54,826 bases of DNA from Candidatus Sumerlaeota bacterium. Its GTDB lineage: Bacteria; Sumerlaeota; Sumerlaeia; SLMS01; JAHLLQ01. The stretch is taken from positions 1 to 54,826 of the forward strand of contig JAJFLJ010000092.1 in the NCBI GenBank assembly GCA_021772755.1, given 5' to 3'. This document shows positions 8,254-16,733 of the stretch, piece by piece; within the stretch, counting starts at the first letter, position 1, and each line of letters starts with the position of its first letter. Made by a program: the position numbers and the translations under genes. Under the pieces are notes generated by a model. That model did not search any database and was not told the DNA's origin. It saw only the letters and a program-made list of their open reading frames with translations.

Positions 8254-9483
8254 ATGAAACCTTCGATCCTGCTCGCCCTGGCGTTCGCGCCGACCCTGGC
8301 CACGGCCCAGATCACGTTCGACAGTTCCTTCGAGTGCGGCAACGCGACGGGATTCACCGAGACGGCGCCCGGCGCATACGATTTCGCCATCGAGCCGGAC
8401 ACGGCTTCGGACGACCGGCAGTGGTTCTACTTCGCGGCGAACGGCGCCGAAGGACAGACGCTGACCTTCACGATCGTGAACGCAGGCGACACGAACGTTC
8501 CGTCGCACTGGTCGACGGCCGTTCCGGTGTTCTCCACCGACGACGGCGAGACCTGGACGAGAACGACGGGGGCCACGTCGCGCACTTCGACGACCTACAC
8601 CTTCGCGCACACGTTCCAGACGAACGCCGAGCGCATCGCGTTCCACGACCCCTATCCCTTCTCGCGCGCAGAGACGAAGATTCCCGAGTGGGCCGCGCAC
8701 CCGCACGCGGAATCGACGGTTCTGGGCCAGAGCATCCAGGGACGCGACATGACACTGTTTCGCATTACCGACCCCTCCACCGGGCCGGAAGGCAAGATCG
8801 GCGTCTGGGTCATCGCGCGGCAGCATGCCGCAGAGGTCACGGGCTCGTGGACGATGGAGGGGTTCATGGACTTCCTGCTGTCGGACGCGGAAGAGGCGCG
8901 CGCGCTGCGGGCGAATGCGCTCGTCAACGTCGTTCCGTTCATGAATCCCGACGGCGCGACGGCGGGGAACTATCGCGACAACTTCCACGGGGTGAACCTG
9001 AACCGCGTGTGGGACGGCAGCGCGACGATGGCGGACTCGCCGGAGGTGGTTCTCGCGAGACAGGCGATCGACGCGTGGGCGGCCGGCGACAACGACTACT
9101 CGTGGTTCTTCGACTTCCACAGCACGTCGGGCGGGTCCCCGCACTTCGCGTTTCACGCGGCGGTATCGACGTCGTCGGTGGAATACAACGCCATCAGCAG
9201 GGAGTTCCTGGGACTGGTGGAGTCCTTCGCGCCGCACTTCGACGCCGACGGGGGCGAATCCTCGTCGAACGACTCGCGCCTGGCGTACCACAGCCAGCGC
9301 AAGAACCACGGCGTACAGGCATTCACCCCCGAGGGCACGTACAACCGGCAGTTTCACGGGCCGACGCCGAACGCGCCGCAGACGCCGGAGACGCACCGCG
9401 AGGTCGGCGCCGCGTTCGCGAAGGCGCTGGTGGAGTACCACGAGCTGGAGGCGCCGCGCGGCAACGGCATGGCGATCAAGTAG
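8254..9483 (+). CDS. Secreted M14-family zinc carboxypeptidase with a CCP/AGBL-type N-terminal beta domain
   Basis: ATG at 8254 is preceded by GAGGAG. Signal peptide MKPSILLALAFAPTLATAQ. FDSSFECGN (N-domain), ARQHAAE (HxxE zinc motif), PFMNPDG, NLNR and FFDFHS (second His). Confidence 0.75.
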   Translation: MKPSILLALAFAPTLATAQITFDSSFECGNATGFTETAPGAYDFAIEPDTASDDRQWFYFAANGAEGQTLTFTIVNAGDTNVPSHWSTAVPVFSTDDGETWTRTTGATSRTSTTYTFAHTFQTNAERIAFHDPYPFSRAETKIPEWAAHPHAESTVLGQSIQGRDMTLFRITDPSTGPEGKIGVWVIARQHAAEVTGSWTMEGFMDFLLSDAEEARALRANALVNVVPFMNPDGATAGNYRDNFHGVNLNRVWDGSATMADSPEVVLARQAIDAWAAGDNDYSWFFDFHSTSGGSPHFAFHAAVSTSSVEYNAISREFLGLVESFAPHFDADGGESSSNDSRLAYHSQRKNHGVQAFTPEGTYNRQFHGPTPNAPQTPETHREVGAAFAKALVEYHELEAPRGNGMAIK

Positions 9484-9486
9484 GCG

Positions 9487-12400
9487 CTACTCAAGCACCC
9501 ACAGGTCCGCGGGCGGGGCCCTCACGGTGGCGGAAATCCCCAGCACGTCCGCCGGGTCCTCCGCGTCCGTGTAGTCGATTTCGATCATGTCGCCGATTTG
9601 GGCCTGCAACACGCCGTCTTCCGCCACGGTCGCTCCGCTGGCGATGGGCAGCCCGACGGTGTTGAGAAACGTTTCCGACATGACGTTCGTTTCGGAGAGT
9701 TGAAGCGTCTCGGAATCGCCGCTGACGGGGTTCGTCACGACGATTTCGACCGTGTCGATCACGCTCCCGACGGTGTTCTCGTCCTCGTCGACGATACTGA
9801 CGAAAAGTGCGCCGCCGAGAAACGCGTCGCCGGCGGTGCCGTCGGAGGAGGCGACGAAGAGCGACGTGGCGTTGCGAAGAATGACTCCGGTGCCCGGATC
9901 GATCAGCGTCCCCGCGTTCGACACCTCGTCGGCGTTGCGGAGATCGAGCACCGAGCCGTCGTTGACGAAGAACTGGGTGGTGGGGGACTCGATCCGAAAC
10001 TGCGCGGCCGGGCCGAGGATTTCGATACTGCCCTCCAGCTGGATCGGGCCGCCGTTGTTGTAGCTCGTGCTCGATGCGAAGGAGAGGTCCCCGAAGATCG
10101 TCATGTTCTTGACGGGGGCCGTGGCGGTAAAGACGCTTCCGATCGTCAACGGCCCGTTGGGGAACGTGACGACGCTGTCGAAGTCGTCGTCCATTCTGAG
10201 GCGGAATCCCTCGGTGGCGCCGGTGAAGGCCGCGCCGGAGAAGTCGGCGTTGACGCTGACGAAGAGCTGGCTGTTGGCGACGTCGAAGGTTCCGCCGTTG
10301 GCGACGATGCTGCCGTTGATCTCCCAGTCGCAGTCCGTCAGATCGATGACGCCGCCGTAGCCCGGTTCGATGGTCGCGTTCCCGATGGTGATCGGCTGAC
10401 TGCCAAGAACGCAGTCGTTCGATGACGTTCCGTCGAAGATCACGCTGTCGAACACGCCGGGAACGGCGTCCTGGTTCCAGTTCTCGGGGGTCGTCCACGC
10501 GTTGTCGACTCCCCCGGCGTCCCAGATGAACGGGGCGGGCCGCAGAACGGCCATGATCGTGTCGGCGGGGTCCTCGTCGTCGATATAGTCGACGGTCAGG
10601 TTCTCGACGCCATCGTGCTGCAGCACTCCGTCTTCGGGATTCGCGGCGCCCTCTGCGGTGGGAAGCCCCGTGACGTTGCGGAATCTCGTGTCGCGGGTAT
10701 CGACTTCCTGGAGTACGAGGGTTTCGGAGTCGCCGGTCGAGTCGCTCGACACGACGACGGTGGTTTCGTCGATCACCGTGCCGTCCTTGCTCTCGTCGCC
10801 GTCCACGAGCGTGATGTGAACATCTCCGCCGGGGTTGACGAAGGTGACGAGGTTTCCGGAATCGTCCGTAAAGGCGATGGATTCGGCGTTGCGGCGAAAG
10901 ATGCCGGTTCCCTCCTCGACGATGGCGCCGTTCTGGTTGAAGTTGCCGAATCCCGTCGCGTCGTAGAGCGCGCCGTCCTGAACGACGACGGTCGTGCCGC
11001 TGAATATCTGGAAGAGCGACGAGGGACCCGCCACGAGAGTGTCGGCGACGCGGACGGTGGAGGACTGGTCGAGAATCTGGAAGAAGCCCGTGTGGTGGAT
11101 CGTTCCTTCCAGCGTCACGTCGGCTCCGGGCACGGTCTCGGCGAGGAACGTGTCGATCGTGAAGGGGTCGGTGCCGGGATCGATCGTGATCGTCACAGGG
11201 TCCAGAATCCGAAAGCCGGCATCTTCCGCATCGGTGACGCCGCCGGTCAGGGTGAAATCGCCATAGAGGCGATAGTCGATCCTGCCCATGTCGAAGGTGC
11301 CGCCGTGCTGCGAAATACCGCCGCAATGCAGCTGTCCGAGACCCGAGGCCGTGTTCGACGCGATCTCGCCCGTATAGGCGGCGTCGATGACGATCGGCCC
11401 GGCGCCGAGGATTTCGCTCCGCATCAGACAGTCGGCGGTGGAGGTCGCGTCGAACCGAACGGGATCGTAGACCAGGGGCGTCTCGTCCGTGGTCCAGTTC
11501 TCCGGAGTCGACCACCGGTCGTCCGCGCCTCCATTGTCCCAGACGTACTCCGTCCGGACCAGCGGGCGCGTGAACGTGTCGAGAGGGTCCTCGTCGTCGG
11601 TGTAGGAAAGCGTCAGGTTCTCGGCGCCGTCGAACTGGAGCGTGCCGTCGCCCGGCACCGCGACGCCGTTCGCGACGGGAAGCGCCGCCACGTTGCGGAA
11701 CGTGATGAACCGGTCGTCGAGTTCCTGGAGAACGATCGTCTCGGAATCGCCGGTCGAGTCGCTGGACACCGTGACTTCCACCGATTCGGTGGCGAGATCG
11801 TCGAGTCCCTCGTCGGGGTCGATCAGCGTCACATGGACATCCGTCACGGCTCCGGGCGAGGTCACGGGAACTCCGTCCGCATCGGTGAAGGAGGCCCCGC
11901 GAACGAAGCCGCGAACGATACCGCCGGATTCCTGAGTAATGGGGAACCGGCTGTCGATGCGGCCGACTCCGCCGATATCGAACACGCCTCCGTTGCGGAC
12001 GGCGATGGTTCCGAACTGGTTGAGAATGCGTTCCTGGTACCTGGTGAGAGTCAGGTTCCCCTCGATGGCGAGAGTCGCGTCGGCGGAGTCCCGCATGAAG
12101 AGCTGGTCGGTGTCGATGTTCCCGCCGATGGTCGCCGTCACACCGTCGGCGGCCTGGATGTCGATGGCACCGATCTTCTCGACCGGAATGTTCAGCGCGA
12201 GGGTGAAGTCCCCGGCTCCGGTGAAGGTGAAGCGGGCGAAGCCGCCCTGGAAGGTTCCGCCGTTGACGGTCATGCTCCCGTCGAAGACGGGGTCGCTGAA
12301 CGTCCAGTTGACGGCTCCGCCGTTCTGAATGAAGTCGCCGCGAAAGCGGATGTCTGCGGCGATCACCGAGACGAGCGTCCCGCCGTAGCCCGGCTGCATC

Positions 12401-12633
12401 GTGAAGCTGCCGACGTCGATGGTTCCGCCGCTGATATCCGCGTCCTTCGAGGATGTGCCGTCGAAGACCACATCGTCCGCCGGACCCGGCACGACGTCGT
12501 CGCTCCAGTTTTCCGGCGTCAGCCAGTCGTTGTCGGCTCCTTCGCCGTCCCAGGTGATGGTCGCGGAAAACGCGTGGGCGGCGAGCAGCATGGAAGCCGC
12601 GGCCAGGGGCCACGAATACGGTGGTCTCTTCAT
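9487..12633 (-). CDS. Giant secreted surface protein built from three ~338-aa tandem modules
   Basis: Signal peptide MKRPPYSWPLAAASMLLAAHAFSA. Each module opens with W-D-x-G-G-x-D-N/R-W-x-TPENW (aa 28, 365, 704). Each closes with VSSDSTGDSET[IL]VLQE...FRNV..LP...G...DG.LQ....ENLT..Y.D.EDP.D. AAGAGG lies upstream of the ATG. Confidence 0.8.
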   Translation of the reverse strand: MKRPPYSWPLAAASMLLAAHAFSATITWDGEGADNDWLTPENWSDDVVPGPADDVVFDGTSSKDADISGGTIDVGSFTMQPGYGGTLVSVIAADIRFRGDFIQNGGAVNWTFSDPVFDGSMTVNGGTFQGGFARFTFTGAGDFTLALNIPVEKIGAIDIQAADGVTATIGGNIDTDQLFMRDSADATLAIEGNLTLTRYQERILNQFGTIAVRNGGVFDIGGVGRIDSRFPITQESGGIVRGFVRGASFTDADGVPVTSPGAVTDVHVTLIDPDEGLDDLATESVEVTVSSDSTGDSETIVLQELDDRFITFRNVAALPVANGVAVPGDGTLQFDGAENLTLSYTDDEDPLDTFTRPLVRTEYVWDNGGADDRWSTPENWTTDETPLVYDPVRFDATSTADCLMRSEILGAGPIVIDAAYTGEIASNTASGLGQLHCGGISQHGGTFDMGRIDYRLYGDFTLTGGVTDAEDAGFRILDPVTITIDPGTDPFTIDTFLAETVPGADVTLEGTIHHTGFFQILDQSSTVRVADTLVAGPSSLFQIFSGTTVVVQDGALYDATGFGNFNQNGAIVEEGTGIFRRNAESIAFTDDSGNLVTFVNPGGDVHITLVDGDESKDGTVIDETTVVVSSDSTGDSETLVLQEVDTRDTRFRNVTGLPTAEGAANPEDGVLQHDGVENLTVDYIDDEDPADTIMAVLRPAPFIWDAGGVDNAWTTPENWNQDAVPGVFDSVIFDGTSSNDCVLGSQPITIGNATIEPGYGGVIDLTDCDWEINGSIVANGGTFDVANSQLFVSVNADFSGAAFTGATEGFRLRMDDDFDSVVTFPNGPLTIGSVFTATAPVKNMTIFGDLSFASSTSYNNGGPIQLEGSIEILGPAAQFRIESPTTQFFVNDGSVLDLRNADEVSNAGTLIDPGTGVILRNATSLFVASSDGTAGDAFLGGALFVSIVDEDENTVGSVIDTVEIVVTNPVSGDSETLQLSETNVMSETFLNTVGLPIASGATVAEDGVLQAQIGDMIEIDYTDAEDPADVLGISATVRAPPADLWVLE
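9490..12558 (-). repeat. Three tandem coding repeats of about 1.01-1.02 kb (approx 12558-11548, 11547-10531, 10530-9490)
   Basis: The protein-level period is 337 and 339 aa between the W-motifs. DNA-level remnant: tcggagtcgccggtcgagtcgctcgacac (~10725) vs tcggaatcgccggtcgagtcgctggacac (~11741) vs tcggaatcgccgctgacgggg (~9711). Confidence 0.7.
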
Positions 12634-12705
12634 CGGAGAACCTCTTGCCGGGTGGTTTCGCCCTGTATGGACGAACCGACAGGCTCCCGCAACCTGAAAG
12701 GGCCT

Positions 12706-13563
12706 CTACGAGGCAATCAGGACGAGAGCCGTCAGTGCCAGGGTAAAGCCTGCCATCTGGCGCCGCGTCAGCTTTTCCTTCAGAACCACCCGCGCCATCA
12801 GAACGGTCGCCGCCGGGTAGAGCGAGGCGACGACCGCAGCGATATCGAGGCGCCCCGTGCGCGCGGCCAGCGCGAAGAAGGTGTTGCCGCCGGTGTCGAA
12901 GAGGCCGGCGAGAAGAATGAGCGGAAGATGGGGCGCGTAGGGGCCCTTGAGCGAAGCGGGCTTCAGCGCGAGCAGCACAACCGTCAGGACGAGGGCCGAG
13001 GTCATGCGCGCGGAGACGAGCGGCCAGAGGATTTCCTCGGCCGCGACGCTGCCGATCAGGACGAAGAAGCACCCGAACCCCGATCCCGCGACGAAGGGAA
13101 GGAGGAGGTCGGCCATCCGCAATCCGCCGGTCTCGCGCGAAGAGGCGAGCAGCCAAACGGCCGGAAGCGCCAGCGCGAAGCCCGCGATCGTGACGATGCC
13201 GGGAAGTCCTTCCGTCAGAAAGCCGAAGAGCACCGGAATCAGCGCCGTGACGACGGCCGCCAGGGGCGCGACGACTCCCATGCGGCCTTCGGCGAGTCCC
13301 TTGTAGAGCGCGAGCAGTCCGATGCCGCCGGATACGCCGCCGACCGCTCCGACCGCCATGTTGGCGAGACCCGGCGAGGCGCCGGCCAGGCAAAGCGCGA
13401 GCACCAGCAGCAGCGAGCCGCCGATGAACTGAGAGAGCACGACGACGGCGTAGACGCTGGTGCGCTTGGACGCGACTCCCCCGCTGAAATCGCCGGAACC
13501 CCAGCATGCGGCGGAAACCAGGCCGTAGCCGACGGAGGCGAGTTCTGCGAACATGGGGACCAT
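12706..13563 (-). CDS. DMT-superfamily (EamA-like) transporter
   Basis: About 10 hydrophobic helices in two halves, Gly/Ala-rich (GVSGGIGLLALYKGL, LYPAATVLMARVVLKEKL). The start is uncertain (13563 or 13554). Confidence 0.7.
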   Translation of the reverse strand: MVPMFAELASVGYGLVSAACWGSGDFSGGVASKRTSVYAVVVLSQFIGGSLLLVLALCLAGASPGLANMAVGAVGGVSGGIGLLALYKGLAEGRMGVVAPLAAVVTALIPVLFGFLTEGLPGIVTIAGFALALPAVWLLASSRETGGLRMADLLLPFVAGSGFGCFFVLIGSVAAEEILWPLVSARMTSALVLTVVLLALKPASLKGPYAPHLPLILLAGLFDTGGNTFFALAARTGRLDIAAVVASLYPAATVLMARVVLKEKLTRRQMAGFTLALTALVLIAS

Positions 13564-13667
13564 CGGACCCGGTCCGGCGCAGGGCCTCAAGCGGGATGGC
13601 AGTCGTGGTTGCGCATCGGGGCGGGCGGCTGTTGCATGGGGGGCATCGTACCCGAAAGGATCGTCGC

Positions 13668-14570
13668 ATGGGCGAACGTATCGGATTCATCGGTCTTGGC
13701 ATCATGGGCGGGGGAATGGCGGCGAACCTGCTCGGCGCGGGATTCGACGTGACGGTGTGGAACCGGACGCCTGCGAAGTCGGAGGCGCTCGGGGCGAAAG
13801 GCGCAAAGCGCGCGGCGTCGCCGCGTGCGGTGGCGGAGGCTTCCGACATCGTGCTCGTCTGCGTGAGCGACACGCCCGACGTCCGCGAGGTGATCTTCGG
13901 CGAGGAGGGCGTCGCCCGCGGCGCGCGGGAGGGAATGCTCGTCGTGGATCACAGCACGATCGCGCCCGGCGAGACGAAACGCATCGCGGAGGAATTGCGC
14001 GGGCGCGGAGTCCGGTTCGTCGATGCGCCCGTCAGCGGCGGTTCGGAAGGGGCGGCGAAGGGAACCCTGAGCATCATGGCGGGGGGCGAAGCGGAAGACA
14101 TCGAACGGGCGATGCCGTGTTTCAATGCGATGGGGAAGGCCGTCACGCACGTCGGTCCGGCAGGCGCCGGACAACTGGTGAAGGCGGTGAACCAGACGCT
14201 GGTGGTGGGAACGACGCTGGCGATGGCGGAGGCGTTCCTTCTGGCGGAGGCCGGCGGGCTGGATTTGCGAAAGACTCTCGACGCGGTGAAGGACGGTGCG
14301 GCGGGAAGCTGGATGCTGAGCAACCGGGGGCCGCAGATTCTCGACCGGGACTTCCGGCCGGGCTTCACGATCGACCTGCTGCAGAAGGACTTGCGGCTGG
14401 TGCTGGAAACGGCGGACGAACTCGGCGTTCCCCTGCCGGGGACGGCACTCATCTTCCAGCTGTATCGGACGCTTCAGCGGGCAGGGGACGGCGACAGGGG
14501 AAACCACGGTCTCGTGCTGGCGCTGGAGCGGCTGGCGGGATTCGAAGTCGGCGCCGGCGGGAACGAATAG
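13668..14570 (+). CDS. NAD(P)-dependent oxidoreductase of the 3-hydroxyisobutyrate / 2-hydroxy-3-oxopropionate reductase family
   Basis: ATG at 13668 follows AAAGGA. Rossmann motif IGFIGLGIMGGGMAANL, DAPVSGGSEGAAKGTL, and the catalytic-region motif GAGQLVKAVNQ. Confidence 0.85.
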   Translation: MGERIGFIGLGIMGGGMAANLLGAGFDVTVWNRTPAKSEALGAKGAKRAASPRAVAEASDIVLVCVSDTPDVREVIFGEEGVARGAREGMLVVDHSTIAPGETKRIAEELRGRGVRFVDAPVSGGSEGAAKGTLSIMAGGEAEDIERAMPCFNAMGKAVTHVGPAGAGQLVKAVNQTLVVGTTLAMAEAFLLAEAGGLDLRKTLDAVKDGAAGSWMLSNRGPQILDRDFRPGFTIDLLQKDLRLVLETADELGVPLPGTALIFQLYRTLQRAGDGDRGNHGLVLALERLAGFEVGAGGNE

Positions 14571-14591
14571 AAACCACCACGGAACGGTGCC

Positions 14592-16664
14592 ATGAGCAGC
14601 GACCCACTGAAGAGCGCGAAGAACGCCATCGAGGCGACGGACAAGGCCGCGCGCAGCGTCGCGACGGGAACGGCGCGCGAGGCGGAATGGCTCGTGAACC
14701 AGGGCTACTACGCGGCGCGACGGGTGCGAAACCGCATCCGCTTCGTTCTGGAGCGCATGATTCTGCGGGGCGCGATCTTCCGGCTGATGATCATTTCGGC
14801 GGGTATCGCGGCGATCTCGCTGGTGGCGGGTCTGCTGGCGGCGATTCTGACGGGCGGATTCGAATCGCCGGGGCACGCGGTCTGGTGGGCGTTCCTGCGG
14901 ATGACGGACCCCGGCTATCTGGGGGACGACGAGGGGATGACGCTGCGTATCATCTCGACGATCGTGACGGTCTCCGGATACGTGCTGTTCATGGGCGCGC
15001 TGATCGCGATCATGACGCAGTGGCTGAACGACCGCATCAAGAAGCTGGAGATGGGGCTAACGCCGCTCGTTCAGAAGAACCACATTCTGGTTCTCGGATG
15101 GACGAGCCGGACGGCGGACGTGCTCCGCGCGCTGATGATGTCGGAGGGGCGGATGAAGCGCTTCCTGCTGGACCTCGATTCGAGGACGCTGAACGTCGTG
15201 CTGCTGGTGGACCAGGTGACGGCGGAGCTGCGCGTCGAGCTTCAGGAGGACCTGGGGCCCTGGTGGAACGAGCGGCGAATCACGCTGCGGTCGGGCAACA
15301 TGCTGAGCGTCGACCATCTGCGGCGGGCGGACTTCGACAACGCGGCGGCGATCATTCTGCCGGGCGAGGACTATGCCGGCGAGGAAACGATCGCGAACGA
15401 CACGCGGATCCTGAAGGCGATCCTCAGCGTGGAGCGGAATCTGATCGTCAAGCCGGGCCAGCGTCCGCCGTCGATCGTGGCGGAGGTCTTCGACGCGCGG
15501 AAGGTTCCCATCGCGAGAATGGCGTACCGCGACCGGATCGACATCCTGGCGTCGGACGCCCTGGTGGCCCGCATCATGGCCCAGGCGGTCCGCCGCCCGG
15601 GATACACGCACATCGTCACCGAAATGCTGGCGCACAACCACGGGCAGGAGGTCTTCGTGCGCACTGCTCCGGAGCTCGCCGGAAAACGCGTCGGGGGAAT
15701 CCACGCGGGGCTGAAGCGCGGCGTGTTCCTGGGCGTGGTTCGCGGCACGGACGACGACCTGCGTTCGTACCTGAATCCGCCGCAGGACTTCGAGCTCGAA
15801 GCGGGGGACAGTATCATCGTGCTGGCGCAGAGGTTCGAGGACTGCATGCCGGAGGAGTGGCAGACGGATGGCGCCGCCGCTCCGGCACGCGAGTCTTTCC
15901 CGGCGAGTGCGCAGGCCGCCCGCAGGGTGCTGCTGCTGGGGTGGAGCCACAAAGCCGTCAGTCTGCTGGGCGAACTCGGCAGTTTCGAAGGCGAATCCTA
16001 CGACGTGACGGTCTGCTCGATCGTGTCGCCCAAGAAGCGCGAGAAGGAGATCGCGGCCTTCGGCGTCGAAACGGCACGACTTTCCATCACGCATGTGGAC
16101 GGGGACTTCGCCGTTCCCGCCGTCCTGGCGGGTCTGAAACCCGAATCGTTCGACAGCGTGGTGCTCGTCGCGTCCGACCGGTTCCGCCGCGTGGAGGAGC
16201 GCGATGCCCGAACGGTGCTGGGTTGCCTCCTGCTCGATCACACGCTGAAGGGCGAAGCGAAGCGGCCGCCGATCGTGATGGAGCTGATCGACCGCGAAAA
16301 CCGGATGCTCTTTCCGGCGAGGACGGCGGAGGTCGTGCTGAGTCCGATGCTGATCAGCTATCTGCTGGTGCAGGTGGCGCTGCGGAGGGAACTGGGGGTC
16401 GTGTTCGACGAGTTGTTCGGTCCGCGCGGCGCGGAGATCATGTTCGTTCCGGCATCGGACTTCGTGGAGGCGGGGACGCCCGTCTCCTTCCCGGACATCC
16501 AGAGGGTCGTTGCCGCCGCAGGTCCGATCGCCCTGGGAATCCGGATCGCGTCCCAGTGCTCCGAGCCGGGTGGCGGCGTCGAGTTGAACCCCGATCGCGA
16601 TCGCCCGATACTCTTCGGAGAGGCGGACGAAGTCGTCGTTCTTGCTCCCGACAGCCGGGCCTAA
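14592..16664 (+). CDS. CASTOR/POLLUX(DMI1)-like ion channel with two RCK-like domains
   Basis: TM region plus pore-like segment AVWWAFLRMTDPGYLGDDEG...TVSGYVLFMGALIAIM. Two HILVLGWTSR / VLLLGWSHK Rossmann-type starts. RSGNMLSVDHLRRADFDNAAAIILPG and VAEVFDARK match the CASTOR middle region by eye. Confidence 0.7.
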   Translation: MSSDPLKSAKNAIEATDKAARSVATGTAREAEWLVNQGYYAARRVRNRIRFVLERMILRGAIFRLMIISAGIAAISLVAGLLAAILTGGFESPGHAVWWAFLRMTDPGYLGDDEGMTLRIISTIVTVSGYVLFMGALIAIMTQWLNDRIKKLEMGLTPLVQKNHILVLGWTSRTADVLRALMMSEGRMKRFLLDLDSRTLNVVLLVDQVTAELRVELQEDLGPWWNERRITLRSGNMLSVDHLRRADFDNAAAIILPGEDYAGEETIANDTRILKAILSVERNLIVKPGQRPPSIVAEVFDARKVPIARMAYRDRIDILASDALVARIMAQAVRRPGYTHIVTEMLAHNHGQEVFVRTAPELAGKRVGGIHAGLKRGVFLGVVRGTDDDLRSYLNPPQDFELEAGDSIIVLAQRFEDCMPEEWQTDGAAAPARESFPASAQAARRVLLLGWSHKAVSLLGELGSFEGESYDVTVCSIVSPKKREKEIAAFGVETARLSITHVDGDFAVPAVLAGLKPESFDSVVLVASDRFRRVEERDARTVLGCLLLDHTLKGEAKRPPIVMELIDRENRMLFPARTAEVVLSPMLISYLLVQVALRRELGVVFDELFGPRGAEIMFVPASDFVEAGTPVSFPDIQRVVAAAGPIALGIRIASQCSEPGGGVELNPDRDRPILFGEADEVVVLAPDSRA

Positions 16665-16733
16665 AGTCCCGCTTGCGCGAGTCCGCGGGGCGCCGAAGGG
16701 TTTTCGTCGATTCGACTCCTGGAGGAGGACCAC

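Noticed and set aside
9491-13873. 1460-aa minus-strand ORF overlapping the three-module surface protein and the DMT transporter
   Set aside because: It is an Arg/Gly-rich off-frame product (…RRRRIRRHRTARALQGTRRR…). The +1-shifted frame (9487..12633) gives a signal peptide and a clean three-fold repeat architecture instead.
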